The notes beneath the pieces are model-generated. The model was not told the origin of the DNA. It was given only the letters and a program-made list of their open reading frames with translations, and searched no databases. A stretch of 63,967 nt of DNA, the filler included, from Polymyxa betae A26-41 (taxonomy: Eukaryota; Protista; Endomyxa: Phytomyxea), in assembly GCA_003693705.1 (NCBI GenBank). It is 9 parts of 9 records of this genome, joined end to end, with 100 filler letters (N's around TTAATTAATTAA, not from the genome) between each part and the next. Parts side by side here need not be neighbours in the genome. Positions count along the whole stretch, not along the records: positions 49,483 to 52,447 come from RBZT01000191.1; positions 52,548 to 59,594 come from RBZT01000522.1; positions 59,695 to 63,967 come from RBZT01000411.1; 6 more parts are not named here. One strand, 5' to 3'. Position numbers and translations under genes: made by a program. Of this stretch, positions 49,483-62,010 are shown piece by piece. Position 1 is the first letter of the stretch. Every line of letters starts with the position of its first letter.

Positions 49483-51617
49483 CTTCGCAAAATTGCCTTT
49501 CTGTAACGATTTACAGTGAAGAGACAGATCTGATATGCGACCAAAGCCCAACTTTGGCTACAAAAGATTCCTTGGTAACATTACTTGCCAGATCAATGGT
49601 TTGTTTCATTAATGTGGATTCAGATTCACACGAAAAGTCAGAAGCGCAAAAAGTCTCGATCGAAAAAAGCTCTTAATGCTAGTGCTGTCATGATATCATG
49701 TTCTGATATGAAAACAGACCGTGAGGAGGCTTCCCAGATTGTTGATGTCACTGCAAATGTATCTTGGTTGCGATAATTCGTCACACTCGCAAGCAGCTTA
49801 CTGTTACATACAGGATCATATAGACGGATCGGAACAATCAAAGATCACAAACAGCGAACCATCTAGTTCGACAATAAGCTCTGATTCCGAAGCTGGCAAT
49901 GCTCTACGACAACATCTTGTTAGTTGTCTGATGTTGAGTTATCAGACATCTATTTGCGGTAATGTTACATAACTTTTTTATGTTTTTGAACTTTTTCTCC
50001 TGCATAATGATTGTTTTCTCCCTTTGCGAATTTCCACCATGTTTGTACAAACTTCTGTTCGAATATGTATACTTTGAGTCATTCTGGCTCCCGATTTTCA
50101 ATGCGTTTGTAGCTTTAACTATAAGTTCATTCTTACGGCGATATGAGTAGTATGAATCGAGATTTCCACTTTTATTCAAAACTCAATCATCTGATGGGGA
50201 TTCTTCAGAGCCTGTCTTACTCCTGGAAGGAATCATCTCCATCAATAGGTGGAGTTCTACGAGTGAATGTGATCTGGATTCTGTATCTGTCAGCCATCTC
50301 CGAAGCCATCATCAAACCTTCGCCAACACCATCTCTGCAGCGGCAATCTGCACTGCATCCGAGTCCTTTAAACATCATCTGGACATTTTACGTCGATTTG
50401 TTAATACGGGCGAGATCCTGCTGATGGACCAGCACGACACAATACTCAAGGACAGAATGAAGCCTGCTTTTGTGAAGCATTCACTTTATCTGGTCGTGCA
50501 GATCCAAGTTATGCTTGTGAAGGTCTTCGAGCTGAACGCTGATAAGCAATACGCGGACTTTGTCAATGATCAGCTTCCTGGCATTACTGACTCCGAACGT
50601 CACCAGCTCGTGGCCTTTTTATCGCCGGAATTCCTACAACAGGTCCGGATGAAGGCCGGAGAATTCCTTCTCCAAATCATGCGCAACGCTGTCGATGCGT
50701 TACCTGATTCGATTCTGGCCGATGTCTGTAGATTCGTGAAAGTAATGCCACCGATTATCATTCCCATGGACTTGTCTGATGCCGTACCTATTCTGTCTGA
50801 ATCTATTATGTCCAGTCTGATGCCCACCCATATCAAGTCTATTCGGCAGCTGGTCCGTAAAATTTTCACTGGCTTTTTATGTTTCATAACAGTAACGTTC
50901 ACAACAGACGGATTTCGATCGCGAATTTTTAGGAATGGTCGATCAAGTGGTCGGGTCTTTTGGTAAGATTGATGTTAATTTATATAATATCCGGAGTGAC
51001 ATTATGTTTCAGAACGCAGTGTGAAAACGTCGATTAATATCGTTTTTTTGAAACGAACAGTTAGCTCTGCTGTCAGAGATTCAATTCAACATGTCAATGC
51101 ATCCGATGTGAAGCTGGGGTCGATCTGCATCATGTTACGCAAGAGCTTGGATCAAGTCCGCGCTGACTTACAATTTAAAATCCGCACAGTTTGTTCGCAA
51201 TTTCTTTATGGCATTCCATCACATTTCCATGAATATCTCCTCGAGAAACCACGTGAAGGCATCCTTGATGCGGGCTTTGCAGGACAGGTCCTGTTCACAA
51301 GTCACAAACTCCTGAAACGTTACCTGACGTTTCTGGAGTCGCTGACCGCCTTTGCGAAATACGTAATCTCAGAAATTTTCACTCAGATCATGAAGGGGCT
51401 TAACAGCAAGGTGGACCGTAAGAAGGCTCGTGAGGTTGCAAAACAGATCGATTTATCGGCATTTGCTAAAGACATTCATCAATATGGCGATACAAAGCCA
51501 CTACGACATATGTTTCTTTCTCAGATTATGACAAATTTACCTATCAATATCATCACATCCATCATATTCAAGTTCGAGGATTTCCTGAATTTAAACGGAG
51601 AGTTCTCCCTGGACTGA
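49483..51617 (+). CDS. Uncharacterised all-helical protein (spliced; 5' boundary uncertain)
   Basis: Consecutive plus-strand ORFs 50424-50966 and 51021-51617 have protein-like composition and are separated by an apparent GT-AG intron. No recognised domain. Confidence 0.45.
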
Positions 51618-52547
51618 TTCAACCATTCTTAGCACAAAGCTGCTCAATACACCACATTTGTTTCAATTTTTGTAAAAGTTCCTGAATTGGTGCGCAAACC
51701 GATCCTTTAATAGTTTAATAGTTGTAACATTAATTTCGTTTATCCTGACACAGTGTTACAGCTCGCGGACATATTAACTTCTCATAAACCGACCAGCATG
51801 TTGCAAACCACTTCTGTAACTGCACGTGTGCCGGTGGATCAAGGTAGGGAGGGTGTTTTTTTGGTCGCCCTCCCTGGTCAGCTGGCGGGCGAGGCGACGC
51901 GACGTCAAGAGCGCTTGGTGATTCGAGAAAAGAGCGACGGCAAGTACTCTCCCAACTGGCACCGTCGGCACTGGCCGAGCGGGGTCTAGGAAACCCTGCG
52001 ATGACGCCAGGAGGATTCTGGGTGAGAACCAAACCCGGAGAAACGCGGCTGGACGCCGGCCGGCCGGGCTGGCGTCCGAGCCGGTTATCTTTGTCTCTCT
52101 AGCCCGAGATCAGCGCAATTACCACACAGCAGCCATCGACACAGAGATTACGGTTCGCTACCGGATTCAATCGAACACCTCAAATACTATCAAGCACACG
52201 CCACATTCCTGACCAAATACAACCTCCACCAGATGAGCTATCACGAAAGCGTGCGCATAACCCTGAGAGGACTATCACCAGGTAACATTACTCCAGAAAA
52301 TCTCCACGTGTAATTCACAATACATAGGACAATACAAACAACTGGCCATACAAAGCTCAAACGGAAACCATCAAGATGCAAGACTCGAAGAAGCGAGGGA
52401 TTGCATTTATAGATAATTTTCTTTCCCCGGGAAATACACAAACTAGTNNNNNNNNNNNNNNNNNNNNNNNNNNNNNNNNNNNNNNNNNNNNTTAATTAAT
52501 TAANNNNNNNNNNNNNNNNNNNNNNNNNNNNNNNNNNNNNNNNNNNN

Positions 52548-53400
52548 TAATATATTGACCAAACCGTTAAAAGAATAATTGCAATGCAAACGCGTGTAAT
52601 GTTTAACAGCTCCCCAAAACATTTCAATAAAATTAAATTCGCAATGAAATTTTGGAAAGAAATCAATAGCGAAACCACTATAAGCCGTCACAGTTTCGGT
52701 CAGCCATTCCTTTTGCGCGAGGAAATCAGGCTGGCTCTTGAGAAGATTCAAAGCTTCTTGCCGCTTCATGAGATTTCTCTCTTTTAAAATTGTCCGTAAA
52801 CCTTTCTGCTCACCCTTCGCATTGCTGTTCGAGTGGACGATCCGCTGACCAGTTTCGCTGATAAGCCAACCATCTCTCATTACTACCTTTATGTTTGCCC
52901 CTCCATCCTTTAGATTTAACCTTGAAGCCACCAGCGCGTCCATCGGCTAGTTCTAATATGGGGCCTTCTGTCAATTGACCGCGCTTCTGGAACCCATTTT
53001 AGCTTCAGCAACTCGATCTCCCCGTCAGAAAGGCAAATAGGCTCAGTATCATCTTCGGCTGGCCAATATGGAAGTTCGTCGTTATCCGAATCTTCAGAAT
53101 CTGGACGCTGGCTCTCTGCAATTTCAATAGCAGCGGCGGGGCCGCCCTCAGAGCGCAAAGAAGCCCTCTTAGCTCTTTCCGCATTCATTCGAGTCAGGTG
53201 AGCGAAAAGCTTTCGCTTTCGAGGCATGGCGAACGATAGAAGTCTGCCGCACCGCGCCAGGATGATCAAAATCAAGTTAAAAAAGAAATGCGCTCTCTCA
53301 GGACTTTTCTGACAGCGCACTTTTTCCCTACACTGACGCACTTTATTTTGCTAGTGAGAAACCTAGATATGCGCCTATTGGTGCATTCCGACGGTCCCCT
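52548..53400 (-). mobile_element. IS630/Tc1/mariner-type transposon remnant (PKFHCE family), internally deleted
   Basis: [11 protein letters not shown]...SQPDFLAQK...[22 protein letters not shown]. Terminus TA|AGGGGACCGTC on the minus strand near 53400. Confidence 0.8.
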
Positions 53401-54509
53401 TACAACTACAAACCATTAAAACTGCGTTGGAAATTTAAAAAACCGGGGCCGTTGCTTTGTTCCTTTCGACGAGATCTATTCGAAAACGGCCTTTGATATT
53501 GACAGAAGGGTTGCCCGGGCAAGCCTTATTGAATCATGTTACTCCCTTTGTAATCTATGACAGTTAAGATGTCCGCGAAGGTAGCCGCCACCAAACTTCG
53601 TTTTCTTGTTACGCCCTTTGTTTTCCACGCACTTTGCTTTTGTACGCACTTTGTTTGTTTGCTTCGCATTGCATTGTCAGTTTACTCATTGGAGTGGTAC
53701 TGTGAATTCAGCGATCAACAGCAAACCTGGCACTGTGTTTGCTGCGCATGTGCCATTCGGATTTGGGAATCAGGACTGTTTATTCGCACGATCAGATCCA
53801 GGTTGGTCAGAGCTGGAGTCGGAAAGACCCGACGGGCTTGTTGATTACGGACGGCAGCGGTATAGAAAATTCCCGAGTACAATCGAAACCCAATCATTCT
53901 AAACCCTAGCACCAAAATTCCTTCCAACAGCTACTTATCGCATGTTGAAGAGAGCCGCGTATTGAGCAACCTAGATACCGTACAGGGACGATCTTGAATT
54001 GAACACGCACAGTTTGATCCTCACTTTTGACTATCAAACATTGCCAGCAATCTTTGAACTTTTGATGATGGAGGATATTTCAAATTTGGACAATATCTGG
54101 TAACGTCCAGCTACAAATATGCAGGATGATTAGAGATGCGCTCTGGGGAAATGTTTCGACTCTGTCCACCAATTTGGATTCTATTACACTTAGTCGCCGG
54201 AGTAGATTGTTCTTATCTCTGCAAATTCGGAAATCAAACAGACTGAGATACGGAGTCTCATTTCAGAGAAAACAAATCGATGATAACAGTTGGAGTGTCC
54301 AATTTAAAGCAGATTAAAAGAAAATCTGAATCATATCACAAAATGTGCGCGATGTACAGTAAAGTTTGCACGATTTACGCACAAAATTTGGCGATTGATT
54401 GAGTGGCTCCCAAATCCCCTCTGAAGTCGCGTCATCTATTTGGATGAATTTCATAAACATTATTGAATATGCTATGAAGGGAAGTGATGATCTTCGATCT
54501 CTGTTCTGC

Positions 54510-55515
54510 ATGAATACACTTTCAGACCTACCAGATGATATCATATTTCAGATATCTGATCTCTGTGATCTCAAATCTATCTATAACCTTATTTACTGCT
54601 CTATCAGACTCCATCAAATACTGCAGCCTCTCACCATAATCCACCTATTATTCGGTCCTATTTCAACTTTCAAACCCGATCCTCGCATAATATCTGAATT
54701 GATCAAACGCTTAGTCGAACTGGCCCAAACGGACTCACGATTATTGGGGCAACTTCGTCACAGAATTTTGCATCATACAGCTATCAGACTAATACAGAAT
54801 TTTGCATCATACAGCTATCAGACTAATAGATAGATTAGTGAATGAGGTTTATTACAAGACTGTCCTGGATTATCTCATACAAGATTTAAAGTTAGAAATA
54901 TTTATTGATATATGTCCGGGAATATTTCTACATTATTATATGAATAGAAGATCTCACAGTCCAGTATTCCTCGATAATCTCCATCATATGTTATATACTG
55001 TGATGTCAAGACCTGTCACTTTGATACAAATCGAATCCTTTCATCAGCTGATTCAGAACAATATTGAAATCTATTTTCATTTGTTTGGCGATGAAATCGA
55101 AAAGCGGATGAACGATCTCGCCCTTCTTCAAGATTTGCGATTTTTGTTTCCTGAAAATGTCCTGAAACTTGCTACGAAAATAGAACCGTATCCAGATTCT
55201 TACTCAACTCTCCTATGTGCACGTTCATCGCTATCAAAATCGAACATTTTAATCAATCCATCTTTTCTGCTCTCATTTCTTCGTATGGGGATTCGATTTA
55301 ATTTCGAAGATTATTTGAGGGCGACTTCGCTATCTGCATCAGATGTGGAGACAGTATTCCCATATCTGTCTCCATTCTCATACACACTTCCTTCCACAAA
55401 CATACATTATTGCTGTAAGGCCAATGTAATCGCAAAGCTTTGCAAATTTCCAAATTTTTTCAAAGATGTGCTGAGCCATACCTCTTTTCTAAGGGTGCTA
55501 CAACTGACAAGATGA
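54510..55515 (+). pseudogene. F-box protein gene frameshifted by a 34-bp tandem duplication (54761-54828)
   Basis: MNTLSDLPDDIIFQISDLCDLKSIYNLIYCSIRLHQI is an F-box. CAGAATTTTGCATCATACAGCTATCAGACTAATA occurs twice exactly; removing one copy fuses ORFs 54399-54833 and 54802-55515. Confidence 0.75.
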
Positions 55516-55740
55516 ACCCTTTTATAAGAAAAATTAAATAAACAAGATCATCCAAGGCGTCAACAACTCTTTGATGACACATTGTCATGTGGTTGTCAAT
55601 CGGGTTTCGGAAAGGTACTTTACGTCATTGATGGAAATGGTTCCAAGTTTTGGGGAATCCAATGAGCCATGGAATCTACTTTGCCTTACAAAATTCGATT
55701 CAAATTGATCCATGGACCTGACAAGCTTTCGGATTGGAGT

Positions 55741-57022
55741 TCATTCGTCCAGTTCGTTGATCTGTATCAGCAAGCGGTGCTGAGTCTTAAGCGCACTGCA
55801 TTCGTATAATGATATTGAGAAGAGATGAATCTGCCGCCCAGAAGGCTTTATAAACCGAACCGTATCAAGCCCGGATTGTATGACGATGACCTCTGTCATA
55901 ACTGGATACTTCGTTCTCAAGCTGTATATTGTTGCTTCTGTCATTTTGTGCCCAAAAAGTATGCCTTGTTAGGCTTTCATCCGTCCAAATACTGATAGCA
56001 GTGTATTAAGGGATGAGATGTCCCTTTCTATGCAGTTCAAGTGCGAACTCTTTGTTATTTCTATGAAATTTGCATTGACCGCAGTATGACGGCGATGAGA
56101 TCGGAGCGCCCCGATGCGATCAGGTCGTCGATCTGGTACGTGAGCGCCAACTCGACGTTAAAGACGAACGGCAGCAGGGCGCGCAGGTCGGCGACCGTTA
56201 AATCCGCAATCTTCATGTCGTTCAGTAGGACCGGCGTCCCGAGGTATAACAGGCGGCGGGCCAGTACGGGCTGCGATCGGATCTGGTGCTGATGGTGCCG
56301 GGAGATGGTCATCTTGACCTCAAGAACATGGTAGGGATCAGTGGTGGCGAAGGGGTCTGGTAGGTCCCCGAGGATGGAATCGCTTTGATGGCTGCGGACT
56401 ACATCGAGAATATCGGCGGGAATGTCGCTGATAGTGACGGACGCGGGCGGCGTCTTGCTCAGTACGCGGTGACGCATCCGCATGATGGAATGATCCTCAG
56501 CGAGATTTTCAGCCAGAAATATCTGTCGATGAGAGCAATCCAGCCGGGCGTCAGTTGGGCGACGGATTCGATCGGCGCGATCACATCGAAGAGGTCGGCG
56601 ACCAGTTCTGTATGATCGAGAACTATAGAGAGGAGACGATTCAGGAACAGAGGCGCTGTGTCTTCTGTCAGGAGGCCGCGCATGGCTGCGCCATTAAAGG
56701 GCTGCGCTCTGCATACAGTGATGAGCCATTTGATGTCGTCGATGAAGGTGGATCGGGACGACGGCATCTGGACAATGATTCGGCAGAGACGGAGGACGTC
56801 GCGGACTAGATCGAGATGGGATTTGTTGATCAGGGCGATCGTGGCGATTTGGAACGGGTCCGGGAGGCCATGGCGGACGACAACCTCGAGAATCTCGTGA
56901 GGAGAGAAGATCTCAGCAGAGATGCGGGCACGCTTAGGGTCCGGGTCGCGCCGTCCGGAGTCGTCGAGGTCCATGGCGGACACCGCCACCAGGACCATCA
57001 TTGTAATCAGGACGACCCTCAT
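55741..57022 (-). pseudogene. Secreted protein with NLS-like and F-box-like segments; C-terminal part frameshifted
   Basis: Signal peptide MRVVLITMMVLVAVSA; PDPKRAR; FSPHEILEVVVRHGLPDPFQIATIALINKSHLDLVR. A second module ISDIPADILDVV...LPDPF lies in another frame after an indel near 56530. Confidence 0.55.
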
Positions 57023-58607
57023 GATCTCACGATAAAAGCGATGAGAGACGAGGCTGGATCGAGTGAGGACCCGGTTCGGACTTTTCTCAATATGTTCGAC
57101 TCCGTGGTCGTGGAGTTGGATATTAATAACCAGATTGCACTCAGTAGCGCGCGTGTTTGGAAGCGCAATGGAGGCCCCGCCACGCAGTTTGAGTTTTGCT
57201 AGCCTGTAGGGGCCTTCTTGGTGAATATTACACTAAAGCAATAATGGATAATGTTTTCTTTGATTTTTTTTTAATTTATCTAATCTTTTTCCTCATTAAT
57301 TGTTTCAGAGTTTTCTAATTTTTTTCTGATCTGATGCTCGAATGTTTTATATCGGTGACAATGACGCCATGGGTCTTCGAGATAGATCTCAATGTTCTGA
57401 AAAGAGATTCAGATTCGTGTATGATCTCTTCGTACTCTGTTGAGCAAAGGAGGCTGCTATCTAACATCCAGGTCTGTATTTCAGGGACTTCTTCCAATCT
57501 AAACGTTAAAAGGTGCTGATAGATGTTATTCATTGAGCATTACTGATTGGATATTCTTCTTCTCTGGTATTTGAAGCCTCCGCTTGTCGGACGAAATCAC
57601 AAAGAACTTCATCGAGCGAAAATCAGCTTGTAGCTTTAATAAAAAAATTCTGGTTCGATGGCGCTGTTTTGTGGGTGTATCTCGAACTCGTTAATGAGTA
57701 TTGGCAGCATGATATCAGCAAGTAGAAAATCGATTATTAGAGCAGTTTTGAAGATGTATTGAATTGAGTGTATAAATGATAGAGGAGCTTCATAACCGGA
57801 TCTAAATCCGGATTGTTGCGAGCTATCAAGAACTTATATAGTGACGGCTTGTCAACTGGATTTTGTAAAATGTTCAAAAAAATTCTAAATCTTGAGCCAA
57901 TAGCACAACGATCCCGGAATCCTTTTGCAACATTCTTGTTACCCATCGGAAGCTCTTGTGAAAAGCAATTGAAAGATTTCATGCACGGTCTCCAACTCCA
58001 ATTTGAACATGTTCAAAGATCAGCCGGACTCCGTCTGTCTCGAGGCCATATCTCGCAATATCCGTGACGATCGGGTCGCTGGAAAGTCGTCTTGCTACAT
58101 AACTGATATTATATGATAATGTATCAGGGGCAGCTGGTTTTTTATTGAAAAGCAGATTGAGTATCTGCAGGGGTTACGATGATAACAGCGAATGAGATTT
58201 AGAGATTTGAAACTGGATTCGGTTCGTTGTTTCTCATTAAATATTCATATGCGGTGTTATCTCCTAAGAACATGGCCTAACGGACTCATAAGCTACGCTA
58301 TATGAGCTCCTACTATCCTGAACTTATTCGAAACTTATTTCTTTCTTTTGCTGTAATTCTTCACTTCTAGTTTCGTAATAATGCTGCTTATTCCGCTTCC
58401 TTTTATATTCCGTATTTCCTGGTATTATAGATGTTCAACTTCCTTTCGATGAAAGAAAAAACAACGCTTAACAGATTATCAAATTGGCCAAAAAACATCT
58501 GTTCAAGTTTTCAGCTGTTTCCAGGCATCAGGTCGTACTAGGATGAAAATCGCAACCAGACGCTCCTTTATACAACAAATTTACAGCAAATTTTGTCCTC
58601 TTCGTTA

Positions 58608-58994
58608 TTAAATCTTCGTCAGCTTGACGGTCAGGTCGCCTCGCGAAGTGCCTTTCGGGATGACGCCGGTGAACGGGGCGTTGCCGCACTGGGCCAGGGC
58701 GGCCCTGACGCCGCGCTCCCAGCGCCCCTTCGACACGTTGATCGTCTCGCCCGCATTGACGGGTTTCAGATCGAATTTCGCCGTCTGGAACACGCCGACC
58801 GTGGTCCGCGGACTGCCCAGGCATTTGGTGATCTTGCCGGCGATGCCGCCGCAGATGGCCAGTATGGCCCGATTGATGTGACGGCGATCGATTTGGGTTC
58901 CGGGCGATGTACAACGGACGTTGTTGATGTTCTGGGCCTGAACGAGGAAAGCTGCGACGAGCATCACGAAGGCGACGGAAACAATGAAACGCAT
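58608..58994 (-). CDS. Small secreted basic 4-Cys protein (128 aa), possible KP4/Ecp2-like fold; candidate effector
   Basis: Signal peptide MRFIVSVAFVMLVAAFLVQA. The 108-aa mature part contains AICGGIAG, INVSKGRWE, AQCG and a C-terminal SRGDLTVKL. Intronless and GC-rich in AT-rich flanks. Confidence 0.8.
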   Translation of the reverse strand: MRFIVSVAFVMLVAAFLVQAQNINNVRCTSPGTQIDRRHINRAILAICGGIAGKITKCLGSPRTTVGVFQTAKFDLKPVNAGETINVSKGRWERGVRAALAQCGNAPFTGVIPKGTSRGDLTVKLTKI

Positions 58995-60920
58995 GATGGA
59001 AAGGTTGAAAAGAAAGCGATCTGGAAAGTTCGAATGTAGATGGCTGTTGAAAGCAGAAGGCGCTGTTAATAATGAATTCAAAATTGTCGAGATGGACCTT
59101 TTAAAAAGGCGGTCTGAATCCAGAAAGTTCTGGATCGACCATTTTGAACGCCGAAATCGTTGCTTTTTTATACAGTTGTTGGGATTGTCCGTGATGATAG
59201 ATCACCTGCCCACGGACTATCATATTGAAATTCCTCAAAAACTGAAAATGTCAATTTCTATAGAATACATCTCATACTGAGTATCGTTTTCATGAACTGT
59301 GTTGTTCGTCAAGTATTGTCTATCGTGTGCTCTTATAAAGTTCATTCCATTAGTGATCGCATCAAAGTGCTCCTCCATTTTTGTCGTGTTATTGTGAACG
59401 ACCCTGCTAGGCGTACGACTAGTCGTAGAAATAACTGCGCGTACGACTAGTCGTACACGCACTATTTGTGCGACTTCTGCCCTCACTTTCCAAACTCTCT
59501 CTGGGGCACGTATCCGGTATCCCGATTCTAGCACGATCCGAAATCTTTATCTAAAATTTTATTTTTTCGCCTTCTTGGACTTTGCTCTTTTTTCNNNNNN
59601 NNNNNNNNNNNNNNNNNNNNNNNNNNNNNNNNNNNNNNTTAATTAATTAANNNNNNNNNNNNNNNNNNNNNNNNNNNNNNNNNNNNNNNNNNNNCTTTTA
59701 CTGCGCTGCAACTGCGAAATGATCCCTAAAAAACGCAGGAGCGCTACGCATGTTTTTGCGCACAATAATTCCCTAGAAAACGCATCTGTAACGTGAAGCA
59801 GAAAGAAGCAGTTGATAATGGGCAGTACAGCGCAGAAATGCGTCAAGCAGAACCATGCAGTAAAATGCGTGATGAAAGCATTGTCCCGCATAAAAACGCA
59901 GCATTCAGACTGCATCCCATTGCAGGGGATTGCAACCAAACGCAATATCCGATATAGGCATTTCCAGGCGATTTTTTGCAAAATAAGTGATTTTGAGTAG
60001 ACGCTGTGAAATGATAAATCTGTGATTAAAGTTTATTGAAAATTGTTAGTAATGTAGCCAGAAATGTACTGATTTTGATTTTTCAGAATTTGTTGTCATT
60101 CCCTAATGACCACAAATTATTACATCCAAGAATGAATCGGCGACCTTCTTTTTCTGTATATAGATGGGTTTTCAGTCAATCCCGGAAACTGTACGTCTGT
60201 GAGAGTGCATGCATCAGAATGGTTAAGTATTTGTTTGCTCCAACAAGTTACTGGCATCTCGACCCTTGAAACTTGCTTTCCTTATGGGTAATCATCCGCA
60301 ACATTCATAGGGACAGCCCTGGCATCACAATGACTGGGTAACTATGCCGAACTCTCAGCCTTCACAGCGATTGATCAACTCATGCGACACTAATGATATA
60401 AGAGGTCATCCATTATTTCAGGCGACCGGCCATATTTCCAATAGCCGTACATCTTATATCATTATAGGGTTCGCTTCCTGAGCTTGAGCACCACTAGTCA
60501 CCGGTATTACGCACCATCAAGCGGGCCGTATGCCTAGTGGGCCGCAGACACGGAAAGCTTGCCACGTCGATGCGCTGCTGCGATTGGGAAGAGACGTTGT
60601 TGACACAGATTTCTGATGGGAGCCAGGGACAACCTCAGTTGAACCACGATGAGATCGAGAGAATATGAGAGAGAGAGAGCTATAGCATTGCCGTACGGAT
60701 TCCGCATGTATGCACCAGATTGCTAGTACATCATACATTTTAGCGTTGTCAAAATGCGTCACTTGAACTCAGCCAAAATGCAGATTGTTACAAAATATGC
60801 GCCTGTGCTGGAAATAATGCTCTTCTAAAAAGTTTGAATTTGCTGAGATATAGCTGGTGTTTTAGAGCAGCGAAACTAGAAATAAATTTGTGGATAGTCG
60901 CGCAATCCTTTATTGAAGCA

Positions 60921-61911
60921 ATGGAAGACGCCGCGCCTGGCTCTAAGGTCTGGTTTGTCAAGGAATCGAAATTGGTCGCGAGAGTGCAACTACTGCAGGA
61001 CGAGAGCGATCCATACTTGCATAGAGCAATTTTACATGGTCAGCAAGTAGATCTGCCAAATTGTAGGGCTGTCCGAGTGTCTGCCATGCTGGAGAAAGAA
61101 AACTCTCCACTTGTGATGACGACAGCGACAAATGAAGAGCCTATATCCCCAGGTTTACGTTTCATAGCAGCGCAGTCAGAGTTAACAACCGAAAGTTCCC
61201 GTCGAAGTAATCGATTCTGTTTTGCTGCTTTAAACTACTGACCTTTCAGACGTCCGAAAACGTGCAGCTGCTAAAGGGTTTGTCAGAAATACGCGATACC
61301 TATTGGTCGCGCTCATGTTGGAGGGATCACCCAAAGCAGGGACCACTAACAGTGGAAATTCTGAAAAAATTTCGGATGGCGTCTCCGAACTCTGTGACCC
61401 CTGAACGCAAAGAAATCAGGCAGCTAGTTCGTGATCAGATTATGCTGCATAAGTAAGTTTTTGTTTTGCTTAATGTTACAGCTAAACATGGGTAGGATGT
61501 CACGTGACACCATAAACAGTGACGCTGAAAATCTGTTGAATGAAATCCACAAGCAATTCCCTTTGGCTTGTGCAGAAATCGGTCTGGTCAGATCGGGTTT
61601 GGAAATTATCACAATATTCGTTTCTGGCTTCATATCATTTGCCATAGAGCTCATGGACAAATTTTCCGACATGAAAGCGAAGTCGCGGATCAAAAAGCAA
61701 TGGGCTGACGTTCCCAACGGCGACGATGATTGGTAATTCCCTAACAGCTCTCTGGGCCTGATGCTGGAGTCAGTGTATGATCAAATTCATCAGCAGGGAG
61801 TAGCCGATTCAGTTGATTTTGACATTGAATCCACAGTCGGTCAACGGATTCGAAAGTCGATTGTTCAGATTTTTGACAAACAGATAAAGGAAATCAGTAA
61901 GGAGAGTCAAT
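60921..61911 (+). CDS. CACTA-associated ORF (TnpA/Tnp1-like), spliced
   Basis: KVWFVKESKLVARVQL...ILHGQQVDLPNCRAVRVSAM resembles En/Spm Tnp1-type domains. It lies directly upstream of the CACTA transposase on the same strand. Confidence 0.4.
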
Positions 61912-62010
61912 AAACGACCGAATACTTCGAGCCACCAGATATTTTGATTCGATAGATCACCCAGTACTGTTAATTAGTGTAGGCTCTTGTAGAAGGAACC
62001 GACGTGGGCT

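Noticed and set aside
24948-59694. Recurring TTAATTAATTAA motif as a biological repeat or regularly spaced array
   Set aside because: It is always centred in 44+44 Ns: an assembly linker. Gene neighbourhoods across it were not interpreted.
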